DNA of 40,102 bases. Source: Candidatus Zixiibacteriota bacterium. GTDB lineage: Bacteria; Zixibacteria; MSB-5A5; UBA10806; 4484-95. The notes beneath the pieces were generated by a model, which saw only the letters and a list, made by a program, of their open reading frames with translations, was not told the DNA's origin and made no database searches. Location of the stretch: positions 1-40,102 of the forward strand of contig JAOZPT010000004.1 in the NCBI GenBank assembly GCA_029932605.1. The letters run 5' to 3'. The translations under genes and the position numbers were made by a program. Positions 17,431 through 27,531 of the stretch are shown here, piece by piece (position 1 is the stretch's first letter; every line of letters begins with the position of its first letter).

Positions 17431-18303
17431 TCAACCAGGATAAGTAAATTTCTTAACAGATTCTGCCAGCTTACAACCCGGTTCCTTGAGGAAGCGATTC
17501 ATGGCAATTTTCTCTTGTTCTTTATAAGCGAGAAGCCGTTTGTTCAGCAAATCAAAATCGACTTTATGGCCATCGAAATCAGGACCATCCACACAGGCAA
17601 ACTTGGTCTCCCCGCCAACAGAAACACGGCATCCACCACACATCCCTGTGCCATCAACCATTAACGGGTTAAGGGAAACCCAGGTTGGCACGTTGTATTT
17701 TTTAGTAAGATTAGAAACAACTCTCATCATCGGTAAGGGACCAATTGCCATTATCATCCCAATCTTTACGCCATTATCCAGAAGTTTCTTTAAAACGTCA
17801 GATACAAAACCATGATGGCCATATGTTCCATCATCGGTGCAAACATAAAGCTCATCTGCGATCGCCCTGTGTTCATCCTCATAAAAGAGGATATCTTTCG
17901 ACCGGGCACCGATGATAGTTATAAGCTTATTACCGGCTTCTTTATAAGCTTGAGCAATCGGGTAAATAGGGGCGATACCTATTCCGCCACCGACTAAACA
18001 TGCAGTACCCCAGTTCTCGATATGAGAGGGAACCCCCAGAGGTCCAACACAGTCAGACAGCTGACCTCCAGCAGGAACTGTGGTCATCAAGGCTGAGGTT
18101 TTACCTACGACCTGGTAAATTATTGTTAACACCCCATTTTTCTTGTCAAGTCCAGCGATTGACATGGGCACCCGCTCGCCATGTTCATTTACCCTGATGA
18201 TAACAAATTGACCAGCCTTAGCCTTGGCCACAAGTCGTGGAATTTCAACCTCCATCTTCCAGTTCAGCGGACCTATCTGAACATTATCTAAAACCTTCGG
18301 CAT
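17431..18303 (-). CDS. nfnA: NfnA/SudB-like small subunit (FAD/NAD-binding, 2Fe-2S)
   Basis: GQFVIIR...GERVP, GPLG.P, GGGIGIAP, MVDGTGMCGGCRV...FACVDGPDFDGH. Confidence 0.9.
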   Translation of the reverse strand: MPKVLDNVQIGPLNWKMEVEIPRLVAKAKAGQFVIIRVNEHGERVPMSIAGLDKKNGVLTIIYQVVGKTSALMTTVPAGGQLSDCVGPLGVPSHIENWGTACLVGGGIGIAPIYPIAQAYKEAGNKLITIIGARSKDILFYEDEHRAIADELYVCTDDGTYGHHGFVSDVLKKLLDNGVKIGMIMAIGPLPMMRVVSNLTKKYNVPTWVSLNPLMVDGTGMCGGCRVSVGGETKFACVDGPDFDGHKVDFDLLNKRLLAYKEQEKIAMNRFLKEPGCKLAESVKKFTYPG

Positions 18304-18548
18304 CGTTCCTCCAAAATAATAAACTTTTCGAAGATAACAATAGTCAAAAAAAAATCAAGTTTATTTTTTAGGATAGATCTGGATAGAAATTTATAAAAAG
18401 ACAAGCGTTGAATATAAATGAAAGTATAATATTTTTACATCATATATTGCGATTAACTTATCAATCAATAAAAAGTATTAGCTCTATAATCTGTGATTAA
18501 TATGATTAATTGGATAGAATGTCGTTCAGGTTAAAACTTCGATTTTTA

Positions 18549-19478
18549 TTACCACTCCACAATAAGTGAGCCGCGGTATGATGTATCAAGGTCGGAATGG
18601 TCAAGCAAGGCCAAATCAACCCTGAAACGAGAGAATTTTATGCCCACACCGGTCGTAAGGTGACCAATATCGGAACCGACACGTGCTGCAATGACATCTT
18701 TAAAAGAAAGTTCAAATCCTAAATGTGTATCGGCCGAAACCCAACCCTGGTAGAACTGGGCTGAATTTTCCCTTTCCTCAAAACGGACATCAGCATCAAT
18801 CAAAAACATCCCCTTAAATTCACCAAGCCGTCTGCTCAAGCCCAAACCAAACTTGGCGGTAGGGTTAATGGTCTCTTTATTGTCATAAGAATAAGAAAGC
18901 ACGGTACCTGTCAAATCCTTGACAACAATTGCTGCTATGACACCGTCACCAAAATGGTAAAGCATACCGGCATCCAAACCAATTCCCCAAGCCGAGGAAT
19001 CGATTATCTTCCTATAAATGAGCTTGGCTGAAAGCCCCCAATCTACTCTTGAAGATTGTTTGCGACCATATGAGAAACCGAACACGTAATCAGCATGAGA
19101 TGCCTCTTTTTTAACACGGAACTCGCCTAAGTATTCTTCTGTTATAAGGATACCGCCACCCCCCAAGCGATAAAATGTGAAAGCAGCCACACCGTTAAAC
19201 TGGCCTTTGGCAACAGCAATATAATCGTGGTTTAAAAGCGAGCCGAAGGTTTCAGAGTGCATGAAAGCAGCCTGGTAACCTTTCAGACTACTTAAACCGG
19301 CCGGGTTATAATAACTTAAAAAAACATCCCCCTCGACCGTGGTATAGGCTCCGCCCAATGCTAAAGGTCTGGCTCCCACCCCAAGGTACAAAAATTCACC
19401 GGCATACTTTTCTGATAAAGCGGGTGAGACTAAAAATAAAAATAATATACATATCTTTATGTTTTTCACTACATTCAT
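18549..19478 (-). CDS. PorV/PorQ (UPF0164)-like outer-membrane beta-barrel protein
   Basis: Signal peptide, FL.LGVGARPLALGGAY, YYNPAGL, G.GLDAG, alternating beta strands, terminal Trp. Confidence 0.8.
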   Translation of the reverse strand: MNVVKNIKICILFLFLVSPALSEKYAGEFLYLGVGARPLALGGAYTTVEGDVFLSYYNPAGLSSLKGYQAAFMHSETFGSLLNHDYIAVAKGQFNGVAAFTFYRLGGGGILITEEYLGEFRVKKEASHADYVFGFSYGRKQSSRVDWGLSAKLIYRKIIDSSAWGIGLDAGMLYHFGDGVIAAIVVKDLTGTVLSYSYDNKETINPTAKFGLGLSRRLGEFKGMFLIDADVRFEERENSAQFYQGWVSADTHLGFELSFKDVIAARVGSDIGHLTTGVGIKFSRFRVDLALLDHSDLDTSYRGSLIVEW

Positions 19479-19697
19479 TTAATCTAAATTACCGGTCTTT
19501 TTTGCAATTGTCAACTTCAAACAGAAATCCACAAGTTCCTTAATTATTTTTTTTATATGCTCAACGCTATTGGTCGGTTCCTCAAACCTTGAGTTGATAT
19601 CATAAAACCACTTATCAAAACCTTATCGCCTGCTGAACTTCTATATCTTGCCTTTAGTTCCCTAATTTTTAAAACGCTACGTTGTGGTTTTTCGAAA

Positions 19698-20981
19698 CTA
19701 CCTATTCCTCATTCCTGCCTGAATCTTAGGCGATGTTTTTTTGCTGACATCACCTAACTCTGATAGTTTTTCCTCTGCCCACTCGAAATACTTTCTTAAA
19801 GCCCTTGTTTTCTCCTCGGTAAATATCCGTAAATCCGATAACTTTCCAAACTGGTCTATAATCTCACTGACATCAAGGCGAATATTTTCCTGAGACTTAC
19901 GTATATCGTTGCATTCCCCAGCAATTGATTCCGCATATTTCCGGGAATCTCTCATACGCTGGTCTAAGTGGTCTAATTTATCAGTTAAAGCGTTAACCTC
20001 TTTATCAGTTTTATCTATTTTTTCACTTAATGGAATAAGCTTTCTGATGTTGATGTCCAGCCTTGAAATTCTGTTCTCGATTGATCTTAGTTTAGAGTTG
20101 AACTTTAAAACATGTGTTTCCATCTTTTTTATCTTTTCCACATCCCGTTCCAGTTCAGAGTGTTTTGATTTTATCTCCCAGAAAATAGCATTTGCCTTGC
20201 CCGCCTCAATATGGGCATTTTTTAAAAGCTCTTTTTGTTTGGCAAAAACATTCGTTTTTGACTCAATATATTCAACCAGTTCATTGACTCGATCGATTCT
20301 CTGTTTAGAATCTTCAAAAAGCTGCGTTGCTTGCTTGAGTTTTTCGGACATCTTCTCGGTGGCTTCCATCCAGATTGTTATTCTTGCAGATTCGGTGGCA
20401 ACGTTCTCAGCGGTCTTTTCAAACTCAGCCTTCATGCTAGATAGATGATTAAGATGTTCCTCTGCCTTCTCTAAACGTTTTAGGAAATCGTCGTATTTAT
20501 TCAACAATTCAACCTGCTTAACTTCAATTGAGTTAAGTTTGATGGTTATCTCCGCCTTCGTTTTATCTACTTTTTCAAGAAAAACATTGAATTCCTCAGT
20601 TGGTCTTTGAATGGATTTCTGTTGAGCTTCAGTCATTTTAAGTTGAGATCTCAACTTGCAAAATTGACCGAAAAGTTCAGCCGATTCGGATCTTAAAGCC
20701 CCAAGATCCTTCAATTCGCTTTGAATAGACCTGATTTCTTTTTTTAAGTTTTTAAGGATAACCTTAAAACCGGAAACCCCCTGAGCGGTTTGTTCAAATG
20801 TAGCGGCAGTCTGACCAATTTGGTCTTCCCCTTGGGGTTCATCACGAACAATTCGATTAAGGTGGGATTTCTCTTTATCGGCGGTTTGCGCTATTGCATC
20901 GAGGTAGTTTGCCGATTCCTCAAAGGTGCTTATATCCTTACTTGCTTGTTCTGGTTCTCTCGTTTTACGAAACCTGAACAT
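19698..20981 (-). CDS. Hypothetical long coiled-coil protein
   Basis: 427-aa K/E/L-rich heptad pattern, GGAGG RBS, no TM, signal or Walker motifs seen. Confidence 0.75.
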   Translation of the reverse strand: MFRFRKTREPEQASKDISTFEESANYLDAIAQTADKEKSHLNRIVRDEPQGEDQIGQTAATFEQTAQGVSGFKVILKNLKKEIRSIQSELKDLGALRSESAELFGQFCKLRSQLKMTEAQQKSIQRPTEEFNVFLEKVDKTKAEITIKLNSIEVKQVELLNKYDDFLKRLEKAEEHLNHLSSMKAEFEKTAENVATESARITIWMEATEKMSEKLKQATQLFEDSKQRIDRVNELVEYIESKTNVFAKQKELLKNAHIEAGKANAIFWEIKSKHSELERDVEKIKKMETHVLKFNSKLRSIENRISRLDINIRKLIPLSEKIDKTDKEVNALTDKLDHLDQRMRDSRKYAESIAGECNDIRKSQENIRLDVSEIIDQFGKLSDLRIFTEEKTRALRKYFEWAEEKLSELGDVSKKTSPKIQAGMRNR

Positions 20982-21037
20982 AGCCCGCTCCCTCCGGTAT
21001 GAAATAATGAAACCACCATGAAATGAACTCTATATAA

Positions 21038-21064
21038 ATATCGGTATATTTTGCTCAAACTATA
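21038..21064 (-). promoter_or_regulatory. Sigma28 (FliA/SigD)-like promoter for coiled-coil gene
   Basis: TATAGTTT-N11-ACCGATAT versus consensus TAAAGTTT-N11-GCCGATAW. Confidence 0.5.
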
Positions 21065-21265
21065 AAAAAGAGGTTGTAAACTTTTTATTATTGATATTAC
21101 GGTCACAGTTGATAGTTTGGTTCTATTGATATTTCTATAATCTAAAATACTATTCTCTCCGCTATTAGATTGGATGGTCGTCTGGAAAATGAGGATTCTA
21201 AAGCAGAATTTTATTGCAAATATGATAATAAACAAATAATATGTTTAATTAAACTTGGTTGATCT

Positions 21266-21973
21266 ATGGGCTTAATTGACGATAACTTAAAAAAAATAAG
21301 GGTTCGGATCGCTAACGCCTGTCAGGACTTCGACAGGCAACAAGATGAGATCACGGTGGTCGGTGTGTGCAAGACAGTGGGACCAGAAATGGTTAGGCAG
21401 GCCTGGCAGGCCGGGCTTAAACATTTCGGTGAAAACAGGGTTCAGGAAGCCAGCGTAAAAATACCCCTGGTAAACAGATTGGTGGCCCGGGGTGGAAACC
21501 CAATCTGGCACATGGTCGGTCATCTGCAGACAAACAAGGTTAAGAAAGCGATTAAGCTTTTCGATATCATTGAATCGGTGGATAGCTTGAAACTGGCAAA
21601 AGCTCTTTCACTGGAATGCGCTAACACCGGAACAACAAAAAAAATCATGCTTGAGGTCAACTCCTCCGAGGAGGAGAGCAAATATGGTTTGAGTCCTGAT
21701 GAGGTTATATCAACAGCTAAGGAAATCGACAGATTTGAGAATTTGGAGCTAATTGGTTTAATGACCATTGGGCCCTTTACCGATGATGTCCAACGAATTG
21801 ATAAGGCGTTTGCATTGACGCAAAAATTGTATGAACAACTGCAGGATATGCTTGGCGATAAAATTAATACACTTTCAATGGGCATGTCAGCAGATTTTGA
21901 GAGAGCTATAAAATATGGCAGTACCGAGTTGAGGATAGGCACAGGCATATTCGGGTCGAGAAAATATGGATAA
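21266..21973 (+). CDS. yggS: Pyridoxal phosphate homeostasis protein, YggS/PLPBP
   Basis: VCKT, FGENRVQEA, WHMVGHLQTNK, LSMGMSADF, RIGTGIFG. Confidence 0.95.
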   Translation: MGLIDDNLKKIRVRIANACQDFDRQQDEITVVGVCKTVGPEMVRQAWQAGLKHFGENRVQEASVKIPLVNRLVARGGNPIWHMVGHLQTNKVKKAIKLFDIIESVDSLKLAKALSLECANTGTTKKIMLEVNSSEEESKYGLSPDEVISTAKEIDRFENLELIGLMTIGPFTDDVQRIDKAFALTQKLYEQLQDMLGDKINTLSMGMSADFERAIKYGSTELRIGTGIFGSRKYG

Positions 21974-22006
21974 TCATAACGAGATAAAATTCGAAAGGAG
22001 GCAAAT

Positions 22007-22633
22007 GTGAATATAACGCCTCTTGATATCAAAAAGCAGGAATTTGTTACATCATTCAGAGGTTTCAATAAAACCGAGGTAATCTCATTTTTAGAAATGG
22101 TTTCCCAGGAGATGGAAAACCTTATTCGTGAAAATCTCGAGCTTAAGGAAAAGCTTCAGCGAGCCTCTGAGAAATTAGCCAGTTACACTAAAATTGAATC
22201 AGCTTTGCAAAATACCCTTGTAGCCAGCCAGGAAACCGCCGAGGAAATGAAAAACGCCGCTCAGGAAAAAGCAGAGCTTATAATCCGTGAGGCCAACGCC
22301 AAAGCCAAAGAGCTGATAGATGAGGCATATGACAAACTTGCTGACCTGCGGCGTGAATATTCATTATTGAAAAATCAGAAAGCCGCCTTCCTGGTCAACC
22401 TTAGGTCATTATTAGAATCGCAACTTAAGCTATTAGAACTTACGGAAAAACAGTCTGAAAAGGTTGGCCAACCTCTGACTATCAAAAAGAAAGTAGAGCT
22501 TAACGAAACAGATGTTGACCGCCTGGTGGAGGAATTCAAACAGGATACCGAACCGGTCACGGAGGATAACGTTGTCGTCGAAAAAACGATGACAAATGAC
22601 GAAGAAAAGCAGACGACAGAGGATAACCGATGA
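22007..22633 (+). CDS. divIVA: DivIVA domain protein
   Basis: ITPLDIKKQEF..SFRGF...EV..FL followed by coiled coil; AAGGAGG RBS. Confidence 0.9.
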   Translation: MNITPLDIKKQEFVTSFRGFNKTEVISFLEMVSQEMENLIRENLELKEKLQRASEKLASYTKIESALQNTLVASQETAEEMKNAAQEKAELIIREANAKAKELIDEAYDKLADLRREYSLLKNQKAAFLVNLRSLLESQLKLLELTEKQSEKVGQPLTIKKKVELNETDVDRLVEEFKQDTEPVTEDNVVVEKTMTNDEEKQTTEDNR

Positions 22634-23457
22634 AAAACCTTCGACAAACGATTGATGATTCAGTTGCCTTTATTCGCACCAAAACAAAGGAAACTCCAAA
22701 AATAGGTATAATCCTCGGCACCGGCTTGGGAGCTCTTTCTAAAACAGTAACAAGGGAATTAGAAATTCCGTATGAACTGATACCCCATTTTCCTGTTTCC
22801 ACTGTTGAAAGCCATGCTGGACGGTTATTATTTGGCACTGTAGGTGTCAAGAAGGTGGTAGCCATGGAGGGGCGTTTCCACCATTATGAGGGTTACAGTT
22901 TTAAACAGGTAACTTTTCCCATAAGAGTGATGAAAGCGCTGGGGATAGAGATATTGGTTGTCTCCAACGCCGCCGGCGCTTTAAATCCCCAGTTTTCCAA
23001 GGGTGATATAGTTTTAATAACCGACCATATCAATCTCCAGGGTGGCAATCCATTAATTGGCAAAAACGACGATGAACTCGGCCCTCGTTTTCCTGACATG
23101 TATGATTGTTACGATAAGGAACTAAGGGAACTGGCGATTCAAACCGCCCTTGATGAAAAGATAAATCTTCAGCGCGGAGTCTATATCGGTGTGGCAGGCC
23201 CAAACCTCGAAACAGCCGCCGAATATCGTTTTTTACGAACCATCGGTGGTGACCTAGTGGGAATGTCATCTGTACCGGAAGTAATAGTAGCCCGCCATCA
23301 GGGAACAAGGGTTATCGGCTTTTCGGTTGTAACAGATATGGGACTTGCTGACGCCTTGGAGCCATGCTCTCATGAGAAAATAGTGGCTGCTGCCGAAAAA
23401 GCCGGGCCAATTCTGTCAAAACTGATTGAGAAAACTATAAAACGGATGAAAGTATAA
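22630..23457 (+). CDS. punA: Purine-nucleoside phosphorylase (trimeric type)
   Basis: IILGTGLG, STVESHAG, GRFHHYEGY, SNAAG, GPNLET.AE, VGMS.VPE. Confidence 0.93.
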   Translation: MKNLRQTIDDSVAFIRTKTKETPKIGIILGTGLGALSKTVTRELEIPYELIPHFPVSTVESHAGRLLFGTVGVKKVVAMEGRFHHYEGYSFKQVTFPIRVMKALGIEILVVSNAAGALNPQFSKGDIVLITDHINLQGGNPLIGKNDDELGPRFPDMYDCYDKELRELAIQTALDEKINLQRGVYIGVAGPNLETAAEYRFLRTIGGDLVGMSSVPEVIVARHQGTRVIGFSVVTDMGLADALEPCSHEKIVAAAEKAGPILSKLIEKTIKRMKV

Positions 23458-26400
23458 ATGTTTCGTCAATACGATAAAGGTTTTAATTTCCCAAAGCTCG
23501 AGGAAAATATACTCTGCTGGTGGGAGGAAAACGATATTTTCCACAAGTCATTAAAATTGCGCCAGGGAGCGCCACGATATATTTTCTACGAGGGACCTCC
23601 CACCGCCAACGGTATTCCGGGAATTCATCATGCTTTGGCCCGCACAATTAAAGATACTATTTGCCGTTATAAGACCATGAAAAACTTCTTGGTAGAACGA
23701 AAAGCAGGCTGGGATACTCATGGTTTACCAGTAGAAATCGGTGTTGAACAGCAGCTAAAACTCAAATCTAAAGAGGAAATCGAAAAATATGGAATTGAAA
23801 ATTTCAACAACAAGTGCAAAGAGTCGGTCTTCAGCTATAAGAAAGAATGGGATGAATTCACCCGCAAGCTAGGTTACTGGCTCGACCTTGACAACCCTTA
23901 TATAACTTACACAAACGATTATATCGAAACTGTCTGGTGGATACTAAAAAAATTCTACGATAAGGGACTTCTCTATAAAGGGCATAAAATCGTTCCTTGG
24001 TGCCCGCGTTGTGGCACAGCTTTGTCATCTCACGAGGTCGCCCAAGGATATACGGAAGTAACTGACCCATCCTTGTACGTAAAGATAAAACTCAGGGATG
24101 AACCTAATACATACTTTCTCGTTTGGACAACAACCCCCTGGACATTGATCTCGAATGTGGCGGTAGCTTTGGCACCTGATGAAATCTATGTAAGGGTGAA
24201 ACACAAAGAGCAAATTCTGATACTGGCTAAATCACTTTTACGGATTCTTGATGGCGATTATGAAATCATAGATGAGAAACCGGGGCGGGAATATGAATAT
24301 ACAAAATACGAGCCACTGTTTCCCTATATGAAAGATGAAGCCAACAACGGTTATTATGCCACCATCGCTGATTTCGTCACCATGGAGGAAGGCACCGGTA
24401 TAGTCCATATCGCTCCGGCATTTGGCGCTGATGATTATGAACTTGGTTTGAAATATAAACTACCTGTTCTCCAGGCAGTTGACACAAAAGGCACATTTAT
24501 CGATAAAGTTACCCCCTGGGCAGGGGAATTCGTCAAACAGGCCGATCCTCAGATTAACAGTGACCTTGAAAAACGAAATCTTTTATACAAATCCGAAGAT
24601 TATACTCATACATATCCGTTCTGCTGGAGGTGTGAAACTCCGCTTTTATATTATGCCAGAGACTCTTGGTTTATTCGCACTACCTCCTTTAAAGATAAGA
24701 TGATCAGGGCCAATAACGAGATCGAATGGTATCCACCAGAGATTGGTTCGGGAAGGTTTGGAGAATGGTTGGAGAATAATGTCGATTGGGCCCTGTCAAG
24801 AGAACGATATTGGGGAACACCATTACCTATCTGGATTTGCCAGAGTTGCAGCAAAGAAATCGCCATTGGCAGTATCGAGCAGTTAAAAAAGACAGCAATT
24901 GAAATGCCCGATAAACTTGACCTTCACCGGCCATATGTAGATAGTATAATCCTGAAATGCCCTTCCTGTGGAGGTAATATGGCCAGAGTAAAAGAGGTTA
25001 TCGACACTTGGTTTGATTCGGGCTCAATGCCGTATGGACAGATTCATTATCCATTCGAAAACAAAGATGAATTCGAGGAAAGATATTTCCCAGCTGAATT
25101 TATCGCCGAGGCTTTAGATCAGACGCGTGGCTGGTTTTACTCCATGTTGGCTATCAGCATTTTCATCTCCGGGAGGTCCAGTTATAAGCGATGCATTGTA
25201 AACAACATGATCCTTGACATCAAAGGAAAGAAAATGTCAAAGCATCTGGGAAATGTCGTTGACCCGAAACAGCTTTTCGCCAAATATGGTGCCGACGTTC
25301 TCAGATGGTATTTAATGAGCGGTTCTCAAATCTGGTTACCCAAACGTTTTGATGAGAATGGCGCAGTCGAAGTTCTGCGGAAATATTTCTCAACTCTTCA
25401 GAATAGCTACTCATTTTTCGCTTTATATGCCACCATAGACAAGTTCAATCCTCTAAGCCGGCAACCTTCTGATTTGCCCGTTATCGACATCTGGCTCATT
25501 TCCCGATTAAACGTACTGATTAAAAATTGCAGTGAGGCTTACGAAAACTTCGATTTCACCCGGGTGACCCGGCTTCTTTCAAATTTTGTCATCAACGAGC
25601 TGTCGAACTGGTGGATAAAGTGCAGTCGCAAGCGGTTCTGGGGCACTGAAATGAGCAACGATAAACTCTCTGCCTACCAGGCTTTGTTCAACACCCTGAT
25701 CACTGTGAGCAAACTCATGGCGCCAATCTCGCCGTTCTTTGCCGAAGATATTTACCTTCGCTTAACAGAAAATCTCAACGGCTTTGCCGAATCGGTTCAT
25801 CATTGTGATTTTCCAGTTGCCGATGAAGATAAAATCAACAAAGAGCTTGACTACAATATGGCTACTGCTGAGAACATCGTGCGTCTGGGAAGAGCGGCTC
25901 GTAAAAAGGCCAACATAAAAGTGCGCCAGCCATTATCCCGATTAATAGTCATCAACGATAAAGGAAAACCACCTGCAGGCCTGGAAAATTTGCATGGCAT
26001 CATCTTGGAAGAACTAAACATTAAAAATATCGAATTTACTAACAATCTGCGGGATTACATAGTTCTCAAAGCAGAACCTATATTCAAGCAGATTGGTCCC
26101 CGGTTCGGCAGGCTGGCTCAGAAGGTTGCCAAGGCAATTAATACTATGACATCTGACCAGATAAACCAATTCCAGAAAAACGGGAAAATTAAAATCAATG
26201 TTGAGGGCACCGAAAAAGTATTGACCTCCGATGAAATCGTTATTAAAGTAGTACCTGCGGAGGGTTTCACGGCCGCCGCTGACAACCTGATAAAGGTCGC
26301 CATTGAGTTAAGATTAGATGAGCGATTGCAAGCCGAGGGGTTCGCCAGAGAATTGGTCAATAGAATTCAGAACATGAGGAAAAATGCAGGTCTGGAGGTT

Positions 26401-26583
26401 ACTGACCGCATAAAACTTGGAATATCACATTCCTCGCAATCAGAAATGGCAGTAAAGATGTTTGGCCAATACATAAAAAATGAAACCCTGGCTGTTGAAA
26501 TCGACGATAAGGTCGACAGGGATATAAAACAACAGTGGAAAATTAACGGTATGGATACTATAATAACTCTGGAAAAGGTATAA
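23458..26583 (+). CDS. ileS: Isoleucine--tRNA ligase, type 2
   Basis: EGPPTANG.PGIHH, GWDTHGLPVE, WTTTPWTL, DWALSRERYWG, WFDSGSMP, KMSKH, type 2 C-terminus EG.ARELVNRIQ..RK. Confidence 0.97.
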   Translation: MFRQYDKGFNFPKLEENILCWWEENDIFHKSLKLRQGAPRYIFYEGPPTANGIPGIHHALARTIKDTICRYKTMKNFLVERKAGWDTHGLPVEIGVEQQLKLKSKEEIEKYGIENFNNKCKESVFSYKKEWDEFTRKLGYWLDLDNPYITYTNDYIETVWWILKKFYDKGLLYKGHKIVPWCPRCGTALSSHEVAQGYTEVTDPSLYVKIKLRDEPNTYFLVWTTTPWTLISNVAVALAPDEIYVRVKHKEQILILAKSLLRILDGDYEIIDEKPGREYEYTKYEPLFPYMKDEANNGYYATIADFVTMEEGTGIVHIAPAFGADDYELGLKYKLPVLQAVDTKGTFIDKVTPWAGEFVKQADPQINSDLEKRNLLYKSEDYTHTYPFCWRCETPLLYYARDSWFIRTTSFKDKMIRANNEIEWYPPEIGSGRFGEWLENNVDWALSRERYWGTPLPIWICQSCSKEIAIGSIEQLKKTAIEMPDKLDLHRPYVDSIILKCPSCGGNMARVKEVIDTWFDSGSMPYGQIHYPFENKDEFEERYFPAEFIAEALDQTRGWFYSMLAISIFISGRSSYKRCIVNNMILDIKGKKMSKHLGNVVDPKQLFAKYGADVLRWYLMSGSQIWLPKRFDENGAVEVLRKYFSTLQNSYSFFALYATIDKFNPLSRQPSDLPVIDIWLISRLNVLIKNCSEAYENFDFTRVTRLLSNFVINELSNWWIKCSRKRFWGTEMSNDKLSAYQALFNTLITVSKLMAPISPFFAEDIYLRLTENLNGFAESVHHCDFPVADEDKINKELDYNMATAENIVRLGRAARKKANIKVRQPLSRLIVINDKGKPPAGLENLHGIILEELNIKNIEFTNNLRDYIVLKAEPIFKQIGPRFGRLAQKVAKAINTMTSDQINQFQKNGKIKINVEGTEKVLTSDEIVIKVVPAEGFTAAADNLIKVAIELRLDERLQAEGFARELVNRIQNMRKNAGLEVTDRIKLGISHSSQSEMAVKMFGQYIKNETLAVEIDDKVDRDIKQQWKINGMDTIITLEKV

Positions 26584-26605
26584 ACGGTAACACCGGAGTT
26601 TTCCT

Positions 26606-26992
26606 GTGAAAAAAGCCGAATTGAAAAAATTTGAAAAACTTCTGCTGAAAAAAAGAGCTCAGCTGATCGAGGAACTGGGGCTTTTAAAGAAAAATGCTCT
26701 CGATACAACAATCAAAGATACCACTGGCGACCTCTCCTCTTATTCATACCACATGGCTGACCTTGGCACCGATGCCATGGAACGGGAAAAAGCCTTCTTG
26801 TTCGCCTCCAAATCAGGACGACTTCTGTACCATATCGATGAAGCCCTGCGACGCATTAGAAATAACAAGTATGGAATATGTGTGGAATGCGGTAAGCCTA
26901 TAAGCCACTCCCGTCTTGAGGTAGTTCCACATGCCAGGATGTGTATAAAATGCAAGGAAGCCGAGGAGAAACGCAAAGAAAGTGAGGCGTGA
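26606..26992 (+). CDS. DksA/TraR family C4 zinc-finger protein
   Basis: HMADLGTD coiled-coil tip, YGICVECG..I...RL..VP.A..CIKC. Confidence 0.9.
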   Translation: MKKAELKKFEKLLLKKRAQLIEELGLLKKNALDTTIKDTTGDLSSYSYHMADLGTDAMEREKAFLFASKSGRLLYHIDEALRRIRNNKYGICVECGKPISHSRLEVVPHARMCIKCKEAEEKRKESEA

Positions 26993-27512
26993 ACTACGAC
27001 CCTACTTGGCCCTGGCATTATCAATAGTCCTTTTTGACCAGATTACCAAGTCTATTATACGTGTCAGCTTCCTACCCGGCGAGTCAAAACAGGTTCTGGG
27101 TGATTTCTTGCGATTTTGCTTTGTCTATAACCAGGGAGGCGCTTTTGGTGTTAAAGTCGGTAATTATCTATTATACACAGTGCTTGCAATATCTGTAGCA
27201 ATTCTGCTAACCGTTTATCTTTTCAAATACAACAGACCCGATAAGATTTTCTTGGCTTTGGTCATCGGTGGTGCAGTGGGTAACCTTTTCGACCGAATAC
27301 TTTACGGTAAGGTCATTGATTTTATCGATGTTGACATAATTGATATAGTAATACCTCAATTTTCATTTTTATTTTTCAAGTTTAAAGGTTTCGAATTGTA
27401 CAGGTGGTTTACGTTCAATATTGCCGATGCAGCCGTGACAGTGGGTTTGCTGGGATTAATATTCCACATTATATTAAAAGGTAAACCCTCGAGGAAAACA
27501 CAACAAATATAA
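26982..27512 (+). CDS. lspA: Lipoprotein signal peptidase II
   Basis: DQITK, N.GGAFG, GGAVGNLFDR, VIDFI, FNIADAA. Confidence 0.95.
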   Translation: MRRELRPYLALALSIVLFDQITKSIIRVSFLPGESKQVLGDFLRFCFVYNQGGAFGVKVGNYLLYTVLAISVAILLTVYLFKYNRPDKIFLALVIGGAVGNLFDRILYGKVIDFIDVDIIDIVIPQFSFLFFKFKGFELYRWFTFNIADAAVTVGLLGLIFHIILKGKPSRKTQQI

Positions 27513-27531
27513 TTATCGAAAACCTTTTGAA

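Noticed and set aside
19909..20448. 179-aa plus-strand ORF
   Set aside because: Antisense shadow of the coiled-coil gene; its S/F/L-rich composition mirrors K/E codons
21520..22068. 182-aa minus-strand ORF and the other short antisense ORFs in the track
   Set aside because: They overlap confidently identified genes on the opposite strand or frame and show no recognisable motifs
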